Below are positions 49,801-63,000 of a DNA stretch of 64,000 nucleotides, piece after piece. The notes below the pieces were generated by a model, which worked only from the letters and a program-made list of their open reading frames with translations, was not told the DNA's origin and searched no databases. The translations under genes and the position numbers were made by a program. Source of the stretch: Fimbriosthenelais zetlandica (lineage: Eukaryota); contig OZ365110.1 of the NCBI GenBank assembly GCA_977030845.1, positions 29,078,001 to 29,142,000 of the forward strand, in the 5' to 3' direction. Every line of letters starts with the position of its first letter. Within the stretch, counting starts at the first letter, position 1.

Positions 49801-52800
49801 GTATATTGAATATAGATACCACCGCCTATACTATCAGATCAATGCATTTGTAGCAGGCTAACAGAATAAGCTGACACACAGATGCATAGTAGGGTCTTGT
49901 AGTGTTTCACTTAGGGCATGGTGTATTGACTTCCCAGTGTCAGCCACTCTAGGACTTGCCTGGCGTTAGTCCATCGGTGCATCTAATCTAAAACGGGAGT
50001 ATACCACCACCTCAAAATCAACTGTCATGTATATCTCACATTGAAACCATACAGAACAGGATATTTGTGTGCAACTAGACCTAGCATTTTTAGAGCTGAA
50101 ATATTAAAGAGATACACAAAATCCTGAAAAAATATACTTTTAGTTTTTTCAAACATTTCATGCTTGGTAGGACAGATGATTTTTGTTCAGATGACAATGC
50201 ATCTTCTTTACCCAGTTTTGTTTTACTAGTTTTGGTACACGTTTCCATCCTAATAGCCCAACTCCCCACTCTTTTCCTGGACCCCCCTCTCCCACTCTCT
50301 CCTTCCACCACTTCTTCCTGCTACATCTCCATGGCAATATCCACCTATACACATCTTCACAAACACTTCTTCACATCCAGACACAAGAAAAATCCGGTTC
50401 CAAGTGAATCCTCCACATCACAAGAGGCATTCATGTGTAATAACGATGTGACAAATGGCTCATTATAGTCTCTACGGTCGATAAAGCATATCGTTCCTCC
50501 GGCCCCCTACTCGGCCACTGAGCCCCACTGGACTTTGCACAAAGCACAGCAGCCATTCAACTATGGCACTTACTAGCCCTACATAATACTATTCTCCTAT
50601 GAGGGAGCTTATACAAGGCTCTGAGAAAGTGATAAATACAGAATCCCCCTCCATTTAAATTCACTCTGGCTCTAGGGGGACAAGTTCGGTGGCCAGTGCC
50701 TACATCTACATTTGCTGGGACAGGTCGTAAAGAAGCTGTTGGCCGTGATGTATGTGGCATCTTCAGTGTACATGTTTAAATTACTGCTCTGACTCAAAGT
50801 CACACTGGGACAATATAACAGATTAATAAATTCCCTTTTTGACCATATTAAAGTTATTTAATATACATAAAAATCGGCTTGAGCTTTGAATACATGTACA
50901 GTGGGCGGAGAACCAAAGTCGATTCAGATTCAGAAGCAAGAGTCAGAGAAGGGGGTACATTAGCAGGAAATATGCTCAAACTTCCTATGAATGACCCAAT
51001 CAACTTCAACCATCTGCAGCAATAGAAAAGTTGGATGCCTTTGATTTTTCTTTCTTTTCTTAGTGTTATTTGAGACCAACTCTCTAGGTGCATGCATGCA
51101 TATGTGGCCGATTTGTGCCTTGACTTTTAATATAGATTGATATTTGACACCACCCTTCTAGTATACTCCTGCACAAATGCACTGAATGCATCAATAAAAT
51201 GGCATGTGGCTACTTGTTACACGCAACAATCAAGTTATACAAGACTCGCGTTCGCCCACAACAAGAGGCAGTGTCTATTGTATTGTCAGTGAAAACCAGA
51301 GGCTCTTTGCTGGTTCTAAAGAACACCATGCAGCAAAGGAAAGTCAGGCAAAATCCACGCATAGCATGTATAACTGGTCTCCAACCAATTACTTTTGACA
51401 TCACATGAAACAAAATTGATATCATTAATTCAATACATGCGACCTAAAGGCCGTTTATGATTCATTCACGATGAATGGTTCTTCTTTGTGGTGTGAATCA
51501 AACCACGTACCAAGTAAATAATTACATACTTCTCACACGAAAAGCCATATCCATTGAAGGGGTATTTTCAGGTAGTATTCAGTCAAATTCGAATTTTCAC
51601 CTTCTACCTTTTATATGTGAAAAAATAATCAGGCACACGAGTAGGTAGTAAAGATTGCATGACACTGGGTCGTTGATTTTGAGTTTATACCTTTTAATTC
51701 ATAAAGGATCACGTGCTGGAGATACTAAATGTTCTAAAAATCAATTATTTCATGATATCAAACAGCATACCCCAGTACATGTGGGTCAATTGATGTACTT
51801 TATGGCATAATATTACCATACAAAATACAGGTATGAGAAGGGGAAAAGAAAACTAATTTTGTCGATTTAAAACCCTGGAGTCCAGTCTTAAATGGTCATC
51901 TATTTTGCATACGGTTTGGAGTATACTATAATGAATAGGGTCAGAGGATATTATAATATCAAAATTGAACTGAAAAGTTACTTAATACTCACAAGCATCA
52001 GAAAATACCTATAAATCCCAAATATTATTAATTGAACATTTTTATGCACATTTTCTAATTTGACATGTGACACACAGGGTAACGTCATGCAGCTAATATG
52101 ACAGATGATTTTAAATTGACAATCAGAAAGGCATTGATAACCTTAATCAAAAGGCAGCGCATGAAATGTTTTTAAAAATACTAGAGATTTACGATAGCTC
52201 AATGAGTTGCTGTAAAGAGCACACTGCTTCAAAGACAGTCAATTTTCACTACTTGTGGGTTAACTCGCAGGGAAGATGACCGCATTAGATTGAATGGGAC
52301 CACATTGATCAGATTACACAGTATTCGGGGACAGTACCTGTGCCTATCCAGATAAATGAGTTGTGATTGCCCATTGATTTAGAATGGACTTATTGGGTTT
52401 AGTCAGGGAGAAATCCTGTTTGCTTCCGAAGAAACTGGAGCAGGCGTCTGCGGCTGGCCATGGACAGTCACTAAGTAGGCGAGATAGGACAAAGATTTGG
52501 ACATGCAAACCAAGGAAACAGCAAATCCATCAGTCTTGGGATACCGGTCTCTGTTAAATGAATTTCCCCTCTTCTGTCACGGCCGGGCTTTTGTTTTTCA
52601 AAAAATTCAGGGTTAACTTAATTTAGTACTATTTGGTAGATTGCTATTTTTTTGCATATATACGGGGAATGGTCCGTATTGTAGACTGAATTTGTATGCA
52701 TGTATTTCTTGGGTTTCTCTATTTGTCAAGTCCAATTTTAGAAATCCTGCTTAAGAATTTCTGTTAATGTTTGCCTTTAACTAGCTATAAAAATGCACAA

Positions 52801-55800
52801 TCATTTAATCATAATGAAAACGTGAGAAGAAATTTTGACCATAATTAAACACAGAATTTAACTCCTGTGATAAGATGTGTGTATTTCATTGGGATTTCAC
52901 AGGACAAATCAAGCACCTGGCCATTTATTTTTTCATTCTGCTAAATGCAAATTTTCCAGCAAATATCGCGCAAACGTCACATTTTTTATCTCTCGATGTG
53001 CAATCGATTTGACAGACGGCATGTGCCAGCATTCTTATTGAAGCAATTAAACAGGGCAGGGAATTGATTTAATGAAATTCCAGTGTTTAAATCCAGAATG
53101 AGAGGATGTGAAGCTGGGTAGTAATTGTTTCAGTCATTGATTAAGCACTTGGCATGTGTCTATAAGATTTAAGCAGTGGCCAGTATTAGTGATGTGATAT
53201 TGTGCACTGAATAGGAAGCAGGCAAAAGTCATCTAGCTCAGCTTGTGTCACACTCCAACAAGGTTTTAGACTCCACAACCAAGACATCATCATCATTACT
53301 TTTACAAGGATATCTGGAACGGAGCTTGACGAAAAAAAAAACCTCGGCTGTAATTAGTTTTCGAGTTTCATTCAGGTTTATACCAATAAGTTGACACAAG
53401 CGTTGCTTTTAACTCATTGCCTCCGTGATCATGACGTGGATGGTTTAAAAAGGCTCTCCCGAAGAAAATGAGAGGTTTTATGAGTTCTTGAAGTGGTTGT
53501 TTTTAAAACAATATGGAAGTAATCAATATGGATTCTTAGTAAGAAGGATAATGAGTTTCAACCGTCTCTCCCAAAAATGATATCACCGGAAAAGTTTATC
53601 AAACGTAATTCTGGTATTTATAGAAGCTGCCTCATAGGTATTATATAGAGTGCACGGTAGATGGTTTACGTAAAAATTCTGTATTCTACAGAATATGGTG
53701 TGGTGAAAAACCCCAAGCGGTAGGCACACATATATCTTCCTCAACAGTGCTTTGTGTAATCATAGCACAGGATATCAAAAATCCATGCAAGTCCCCATCT
53801 CTTATCATAAATCCACTCACATTAGCCAGGCAGAAGTCTTCTATAAGTTATCACCCCTACCAATCCAATCAGCCCACCCGGCCACGTTGATAAGTAATTG
53901 GCACAAGGCTACTGCTGATCAGCCATGTCTCTCAGACACATGTCAGAGCAGAAAATGGGCTAATTTGCCGCAGCAATTGTCTTCATTTTAGAGAATCACT
54001 CAAGTGATGACTTGATCATTTGTTCTCGGCTGGTCTACTATTATGATGCGGGAGTGGGATAGAAATACGACGATGTTGCTACATGAGCGACTTGTTACAA
54101 AGTGTTTAGTCAGCCAGTACATAGAGAGTCTATACTCTACGTACTGTATATCTAAAAGGAATCCTCCCTTCTCAAAGAACTTAAGGCATGGAACCACTGA
54201 ATAACACTCATACCTGTATTCGTATCAGTTATTGTGTTCATTGCGGAAATGTTAGATAAATTAACCTAGTTTTTTAAACACTCAGATCCAATAAATTCAA
54301 TATTATTGGAAAATGAAGCATCTGTTTTGTCTCAGCAAAGAGAAAGAAACTGTTTCAAACTCACACTCCCAGTCTGTCAAGAAAAAACTCCTTTGGGACA
54401 TATAAAATACAGGACACTCTTTTAAAAACAATACCATTAAGGGCCCAACAGGGAATACCCCATGCATATGTCCTCCAAAGACATGTGTTATTTCAAACGT
54501 AATTGCAGCAATATTGCGAAGAGAATTTAAGGGAATGCAGTGACGCAAAGATCTAAAGGAGTCTCAACTCAGTGTTAGAAATGCATTAGGATTGTCTTGT
54601 ACAGTATTTGTATCGGCTTGTCCAATGTCGTGTTTCTAACTTGTCGGCTTGCATCAGACTCTTCACGAAACCATTTAACACGCAGCCTCCCTCACTTAAG
54701 GGCCACAGTATCGACACCATGAAAAACGGGACAAATTGATCTGAGCAATAAGTAGAGGAATATCGGTGGACGTGATACCTCCCATTACTATTGATTCTTG
54801 CCTGGCTCACCAGGGGAGCCACTCGTAGGCTCCGATTCCCAGCGTCTCCTGGATATAAAAAGGAGGAAGTGAGGGGTACAATCTCAGCCCCTAAATAACT
54901 GTCAGGGTAGAGAAAGGGGTGAAAAAACGACGGAGGGGGATGCCGAGATGATATTTCCATGTGGAAGGAGGGGAGGTAAATAAGAGCCTGGCTGATAGAG
55001 TACGTTCTAATATAGTGGGGTCAGAGAATGGGGTGTAGCAACTGAGAAGTTAAAGCAATATAGAGCCTTTGAGGAAAGAAGTTGAATTAGTTCTTTCCAT
55101 GGCAAAAAGGCCGCAGGAAATCCGAATTGAGTCCTTTGAAAAACATAAACGTAAGATCCTGAAAGAGAAAAAGGTAAAGTATTGGATCACGTCAAGTATG
55201 ATGATAGGTAAAACAAGCGGGACAAAGGAAGAGCCAGAAAATGAGAACGGGTAAAGAAGTCATTGCTGATGTTGTTCATAGGTCATCCGCCAGACATGCC
55301 ACTCACCGGAGTAGCTCTAGCCCTCAGCACGACAGTCTGGGCAGATGTCGCCTCACTGGGACATTTGTGGACACATCTCATTTATCAGGGGTTGACTTAT
55401 TTCAGCCAGTTGGATGACCATTGGGGAAATAGTGAGCGGTGTGGGAGACTGGCCTCGGGATGTGAGTGGCTCTGGGTAAAGCTTGGTGAGCTGCTCCTCA
55501 TGCGGCGTCTCCAAGCCATGCCATCTTGTTCTGTGGGAGGCAGTGTCGGGTATCGCATTAGAACCCACTCTCTAGCTGAGAAGGCTAATATTCTCTTCAA
55601 GGATACCGCCTTATGCATATAGGCCACGGCCGTTTGGATAAGCTGGGACATGGGCGGGCAGAAAATGTTGAGGGTTGCCGGCGGAGTCACATGGAGGGCC
55701 CCTTTAAATGCATGATAAACCTACGTGGCAGTCTGATCCCCACCAACACCACCTTGAATACCACCACCGTGGTGGTCACTGATCACCTGTTCCCTCTGTG

Positions 55801-57429
55801 CAGTTGTGGATTCCTTTCAAAATGGAAATTGGTCCTTTTTCTGCTCTATTTAAGTATATCTAATTTGTCTTGGGATTGTCTATGTCTTTTTTCATTTGCT
55901 TCATCAAGATTCCTCACAGTTTTTTAGAATCAGACATTTGCAAGTCCACACAGAAGGACTGGCTCAGTCGTACATCTACATGGCCATCATATTTTTTCTA
56001 TATTCTATCTATAACATGTCCGTCCAGCCAACAACTTGTCTCTGTCACTTCTGCTCCCTCTTCAACAACTCCTCTTTTGTTTATAAATCCTCTTCCCTTC
56101 CTTCCAGCTGTCCCTTTGCTCTTGTGTTCCTGGACACATCAGAGTAACGCTGCCTGAAGGCAGAGTAAAGTGAATGGCCTCTTTAAGTATCTGAGCACGC
56201 TTACTCCCCGTCCTCCCAATGACGAGGCGTGACGTGGAGGCCTGACAGCACGTCCTGTTCTCCACCTCAGGTATTCTGATCCAGTCTTATCTCCGCTCCC
56301 ATTGCACCCTACTTCCTACTCCCCATTTCCTTCTAGTCCTTCCCTCTTCGCCATGCATCCCTTATCCTCTTCCTTCCATCTAGCTTGCATTCTTCACTTT
56401 TTGTTTCTGCTTACGGTTCCTCTCCTTTCTCTACCACCCACACTCCTTTTGCCGCTCCATTATAACATCACCTCGAGAAACAAGTAGCCTCTGAAGTAAT
56501 CATCGACTCTAGCCTCAGGATGTGTCTATAGTCCGTCTGTTCCTGTCACCACGTCCTCAGCATCATTGTTTAACACCCCATACACAATTTCCTATCTCAT
56601 ATATGACCTCTTTTCACAAACCATGTTTCACTATATACTTTACACAGCACAAAAGCTGATGGAAATTATATACGAGCGTTGCATTGATTTCTTATAGCTA
56701 TTTCGGGGAAAATATCAAACAAAACAATCGCATTCAATTGAACCTTTCACCAAAAGCATTGTTGCTATCGAGTGATTACACCATGTGATAAGTAATGGGA
56801 TTGGAGATAATGTAAAATGAAAAAGGGGTGTGTGAGGCATGCTGGTATAGAAGGTGAGCGTGTGCGTGTTTGTTCCTCACTCTTCCTGTGAACATTAGAA
56901 TCTTGCCTGGGGCAGTTAACTTTGGGACCTTGGAAGGAAGTTGGATGTTGAGGTATGGCGGTATAAACCCGATTACGGACCATGGGTGTAGATGCACGGC
57001 TGGCGCAAAAAGAATGGCCTGACGCCAAGCGTCACGCCTGGAGGGGGTACTGGAGGAGGCGGAGGAGGAGAAGGGTGGTGAGAGCTGTAGGCCTAGTCAG
57101 AGAAGGTGTCAATATATAGCATATGAATAGCTCCTAGTTGGCACCCTCCAATACTGTGATGTGTGGAATCTATATGGTAGGAACGTTATTCTCTTGGCCT
57201 TCCTCTACCCACCTGAGATAAACACAGCTTTCTATCTACTACTAACACACTAACCTTATCACTTTTACTACCCGTGCCACACACAAGAGCGATCATCATC
57301 CCCCATCATCTCTTGTCAATGATCAACACCCGATAGTAGGACAGGTCACGAAAAACCCCCTACTCCATGCACCCCCATGTGAGCCGAGCCCAAATTAGCA
57401 TACAGTGTGTGCATTGTGCATGCGCATTG

Positions 57430-57720
57430 GTGGCATGTGTGGAGGTGGAGAAAGAGATGGGGGAGAGAAGGAGGGTGTGGTGGAGGGGGACGAGGCAGTA
57501 GTGGCAGGGTGGTGGCTGACTCTGGTGGCGGTGTTGGATGAGGAGGAGGAGGTTGCAGTGGTGCAGCAGTTGATAGAAAGAGACTGAGTTGTACTGGAGA
57601 GAGAGGAGGGGGAGGAGGAGTAGTAGTATATGAAACGCCAATTCACTCCTCCCTCCTGCACACAGCTGGCATTTCTCTGTGGGGGGACACTGTGGAGGAG
57701 AGAGATACTGGGAGAGAGAC
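57430..57720. repeat. Purine-rich low-complexity tract (GGA/GAG/GTG-rich on +)
   Basis: Runs such as gaggaggaggagg, gagagaggagggggaggaggag and gtagtagta. Confidence 0.7.
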
Positions 57721-59881
57721 AGACGCTGGAAGTCCAGTGACTGGAGAGAGGTATTCTCCAGTGTTACAATGTAACACAATGTGTAGCTTTGCCGAGTAGA
57801 AGCGCCTGATATAACAGAAGAGTGACGGGGTCAGGAAGGAGGAGGTTGATGAGAGGTGAAATGACTCGTGAATTTACTGGGATATCAACTATCCCGGATG
57901 ATGGAGCTCTTGTCTATTACATGGGACGCTGACGGGAACACCTGGAGGAATTAAAGAGGGCCCCAGTAGGGATAAAGTTTGCAAGCACCGGAGGAGAAGA
58001 AATACAAGGAAGCAATAGGAAAGAAAACAAATATATCAACTGATACACAAGAAGGGACTTCCACGAACCCACAAGATGAAGGCACCTCGATGATTAAATC
58101 TTGAATTCATTGTCTTCTTTCAATGCTAATCATAAGTGTAAGTTTTCGGGACGTATCTCAAAATCGTTTGTATTTTAGGCTCAAGTTGTTTATTCCAAGA
58201 ACACCTATATAGAATCAGTGGGGAGCCTATCTGAATATTTTTTTCACAAAGGAAATAAGTTTGAACCCTGGAAGACACCTCATTACCTTACAGCTGGACC
58301 GATTGCATCTGCTTCCTGAGGTCACTTGGAACAATCTTGGGATACACAAACAACAATGGTAAATATATACCCTACCAAGACCTCAAACATGATATTATAG
58401 ATGTGATATTTCTCTCGGACTGCATTATATACGGGAAAGACCACAAGTATTGCTTTTTAGAGCCCTAGAGCAGCTCATCTGATGCTTGGGAGCGTGGATT
58501 ATATAGATCTAATGGTCTCCAAGCTGAGAAGTGCTTGGTATTCCATAAGCACGAGGTAGCTCCCAGCTCCTCAGCCCTTTATTGGTCTGGAGGCTTGAGG
58601 CTGGAAATCCATCTTTCGGCCTGCTTATAGGGATGTGTCCCTCCTTTACTCCACCACTACTTACTCCCCAACTTCCTGTGACATGATCTCTCTCATTGGC
58701 TGACAGACATCGCGGCATTTTTCATCAATTATTGGGGGGATAAGCTTTGGGACCATCACGTGTTTGAGTACCAGATGCTGTCATCATTCCCGCCGGCTTT
58801 TCTTTTGATGAGACACACCCTGCACATCAGGAATCCTTCCCCCACGTGACCCTGGGATACTGCCTGGCCCCAAAATCGAATGTCCATTTTACGGAGGCAC
58901 TGATTTCAGACCTTCCTACTCGGGCCAGACGGGCCTGCCCACCGACCAGTGATGCAGCTCTTTGAAGTCAGCAGCAAATCCTGAATAACCGGCTAACGAC
59001 CTTGTCAGCCAAGGGCTTGAAGCTGGGCTCTGAATGTAGATATTAATGGGCAGTGTTGGCAAAACATGGGCTTGAAAAGAACATAACAGTGCAGGCAGAG
59101 GAAGTCCGAACATCATCCCCCTTACCACCTTAGCTCATACTCGCGTTTTACTGGGCCGGGAAGAGCGGGTACAAGCACGCGCTGATTGTGTATTGAGAAA
59201 GTGCACTGGTCAGAAGCTCTTCGGTGTTGTGTCATATTATTAATGGACAAAACTTGGCTGATAAGCCAGGTGGTGGGACTCTGCAATGAGATATATAGTG
59301 TAATTGTGTGGTGTTAAGATTGTCACCGGGAAAGTACTGACATCAATTGATCCAAGACTGGACTCAGGTACCGAGAAAGCGAAAGTTCCCATCTTATCGG
59401 ATGTCCGATGAATTGATTGGTCAGGCTTTTTATTGTGACTGACATTGAACGCAGTCGATCACGTTAATTTAAGATAATGAAAATCGATGACAGGATCCTG
59501 CAACAAAGGCTGAAGATCAGCGAGAGCATCTAATGGGACAACCTCCTGAAGTCATTATCCTTAGTGAAACTGGTTTGGCTTTTAACGCAGCGTAATAAGC
59601 TTAATGAAAGTGGATCCGTTGGGCTCTAACAACGTGCTGGACTTACTGGCCCATAGCCCCATTGCTGGCCAGCGAAGTGGTGTAGCTTCTCAAGTACCTG
59701 TACTCCACTCTGAGTAAGGCACAGGGGCAATTTACCATACAAGGAGCAAACATAGGGAGGCTCTACTCCAAAATGGAGGGCTCCAGAGAGGATATCCAAG
59801 CCAACAGGTGCTTACCTACTCCGACTACCACCAAAAGCTCACTGGGTATCAAGAAGACAGTGAGTTCAGAGTGGAGAAGGG

Positions 59882-59959
59882 ATGGTGCAGATTTGGCAAG
59901 CATTAAGAGGAGGACTGAGAGAGTGTGCGGTAAAAGCCATCAGAAGGCCACAGCAGTGA
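59882..59959 (+). promoter_or_regulatory. Candidate uORF (25 aa) whose TGA overlaps the signal-peptide ATG (TGATG)
   Basis: gggATGG at 59882 reads MVQIWQALRGGLRECAVKAIRRPQQ-stop, with TGA at 59957-59959 and ATG at 59959-59961. Relevant only if this sequence is in the 5' UTR. Confidence 0.3.
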
Positions 59960-60031
59960 TGGTTCACGTCATCTGTGTAGCTATCATTGTATTGCTGCTG
60001 GCAGTGGAAGCGTCAGAAGGTAAACCTTCAG
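59959..60031 (+). CDS. Probable first coding exon (signal peptide) of a second secreted or membrane protein gene; remaining exons not recognised in the window
   Basis: gtgATGG start; peptide MVHVICVAIIVLLLAVEASEGKPS with a hydrophobic core and small residues near the cleavage site (VEA/ASE). Phase-1 donor G|GTAAGT at 60032; alternative donor G|GTAAAC at 60020. Confidence 0.65.
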
Positions 60032-63000
60032 GTAAGTTGGAATCGATACTTATTGTCATTCACTGTCCGGTAGGCGAGTGGTACCGGCTAAAATCCAGCA
60101 ACCTTTGATCTTTTGTGTTGGCCTTTGTTGCTCTCTGTATTAGGCATTCACTCGCTATCTACCCCACCTTCACCGAGGTGCTTAATGTTCGACTTGAGGT
60201 GGTTGCTGGTAACTGGGATTTCTTGTAGGCTGTATACAAATATATGTATAACGGTTTTTATAACCTGAACACAGTAGCATGATGGGCACAATCCTTCAAT
60301 CCACTGTGCTAAATTAATAGTCCATGGTGTTATAAGAAATAACGTGAGGAGAGGAGTTTGAAATTGAATGAATAACCAAAGGCATCCTTTATGTTGTGCA
60401 ACAAAGGAAACGATGGAAAAAATCAAAGGCCTGTTGATCTTTGCTATATCATTTACAGCAATTATTTCTATCACGAGTCATTGAGGATAAGCCTTTATTA
60501 TGGAAACAATAGTGAACACCCAGAGGAGCTCAGTCCCTTTCAAAGTGTGCTTTCATGTATGTTACATGAAACTAAGTGATTTTCTGTGTTGATTTCCGTG
60601 TCTCATTGAACGAGACTTCGAATATCATCCTATATGCACAAAACCTCAGCTCAGTTTGTATTTAGAGCTAGAGCTTTCTACCTGTTAATAAAGGTGGAGT
60701 CACAATGATCCTCCATATAAGAAATAGCTCTCTAACCATTTTTACCCTAAAGCAAGCGGGTGATCAACATACTCAGTGATACATCAATGATGCCTTCATC
60801 CTTTTTGATAATGTTTCCACAAAGGAAAAGTTAAAAGTTTGACGAAAAAGCATCATTTGTTTGCATGATAGCATCATTGCATCAAGAGAAGATATTAAAT
60901 TTCATGGCGATGTAAAGACACTTTCATATTGAAGCAGAAATAAAGTGCAAATATTCATGCAAGAAAGGAAAAACATGGATATCGATGAAACTTTCATACC
61001 GAATTTAGTCCTTTTGATGGCATGTTAATTTTGCATTTTATTCTATCCCTCGTATTAATTATCTAGAATGCGATTACTTCTTGATATCATGGAGGCTGGA
61101 AATTCAGCGTTCCTAGTTCGGGGTGCATTGGTTTTGTAATGGTTTTGTTTCCGTTGCTCTGATTTGTCAATAGACGTCGTCGGCATGACAGCGAGCTAAA
61201 TTAGCTCTGACGTCATACATTCAACAATGTTGGTGCAAATTCACAACTGAGAGTGAATGGGAGGTGGAAACCTGCGATCAAGTTAAAATTTGTAAAATAG
61301 CCAAGGCACTCATATATTTCCTTCTTGGTGATCAAAGAACACAGTCTTTCCCATCCCATAAACACCAATATCGCTTGAAGTGAACCCTTTGACTTCGTTT
61401 TAAAAAGAAGGAAAAACGGATCAATTTGGTCCCCAAAACAGATAGATCTGTTCAAAACAGGAAGCTATAACAATTTTCTCAAGTTAGCCAAATTACATTT
61501 AAGAGCCCTTTCTTATCCTTCAGAACTAATCAGTCTTGGATTACTTTCAGACGAAAGGTTGACACCAATCAGCCATTTACTGGGAACTTTCTTCCATGTT
61601 AATTTTTACCACCGGTTCTCTCCAGACATAAATGGCAGTTTTGCGACTCTTCTACCCATTCACTTTTACCCCGGTTGTATCATTCCGAGTCGGACCACGG
61701 AGCCTTCCAACCTGTTAACAGTCGAAATTCGATAAATATTCATGTCAGCTCCCTGCCAACTTGTGTCTAAGATAAACCATTTCAGTGTACAGCTAGAGCC
61801 CTGCTGGTATTTAACGGTTTAACAATCCCCAACTGCTGCCCACCGCCTACAGAGCTATTCCACGGGGTGGAGGATGCATTACTTTGATTAAAATCTGAAA
61901 CTGAAGTTATGTTAGGCCTAATGTGTGACGTTAGACGCTGAAAGAGGGCCACTAAAACAGCATCAGCAGGTCAGGGGCTATGGCAGGCTTGAGGCTGGCA
62001 GGCCTGGCCCATCAAAGCAAGTATGAGTGACTGTTAGAACAGAGCGCGAGAAGACATCCTTATTAATTTTGACTTCTTGTGTTTTTCAATTCAATTACTT
62101 TAAATGTATCAATATACTTGTAAAAACATTAAATCCGTCAGTCAGCTATGCAGTCAGAATACTTAGGAGTCTACCCAAACTTGATCATTGGTGAACATCA
62201 AGGCTCCAGTATTTTGCAGAACATCACTTGAAACTTCGAAACAGATATCTGACTCTTCTATTCTCAGAGTGAACAAATGAACAAATAATGTAGTTTGCAG
62301 GGAGGAGAAGTGAGACTAAGAGGACTGGATTCAATTCAAAGGAAACTACACAAAAGACGAGCCTTGCAATTAGTCGTAAAAACTATTATACAGTTTCCTT
62401 CAGAGCATTCCATTCCCTTGTTATACTGGCCAGTTTTCATTTTGGCCATACAATTACCAGTCACTATGCACAAAATCCCTCTTCCTTTGACTGTGGTGGC
62501 TTTCGAGGTAGCTTTAATGTTTCAAAACCTAGTCAGTTCACCCTTGATGGATGGATCTTTGCTGGTTGCACCTCACCGCGTCCCATTTTTTACATGGGCC
62601 GCACAAGTGCATGCAGGCAGAGAGGGAGGGCCACTAACTGCTTCCATGGCCTTAAGTGCTATGATAAGTTGCTGCGACTCAGAGGTCATGGCCACATTTC
62701 ATAAAACAGCTCAAGGGAGATATTTTAACTGTCTTTAATTTCCTGAGAAAACTTTTAAGATCTTCAGGTTCCAGAGAAATATATCATAGTCTAACTATTG
62801 CATGAGTACATGAATCAGGACCGGGTGACCTTTAAATGAGTCATGGAAGCAAATATAACATAGGAAATCACCTTGCTGAATCTATATTCACTAAAGTATT
62901 GCAAAGTCCTGTGATGTAATTTTTCTCATCGGCATAGGATTAGAAAGGGGTTCAAGTATGCTCTGAGGAACGAAATGGAAGAGAAAATGTAAGGGAAAAT

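Noticed and set aside
55353-55568. LAEISQPL resembling CR1 reverse transcriptase
   Set aside because: The expected following WKxAxVxPIxKKG segment is absent; too weak to call.
62295-62738. 147-codon ORF, and a possible phase 1-1 exon in another frame (about 62299-62507)
   Set aside because: Non-ATG start, no recognisable domain in either frame, weak GTAGCT donor.
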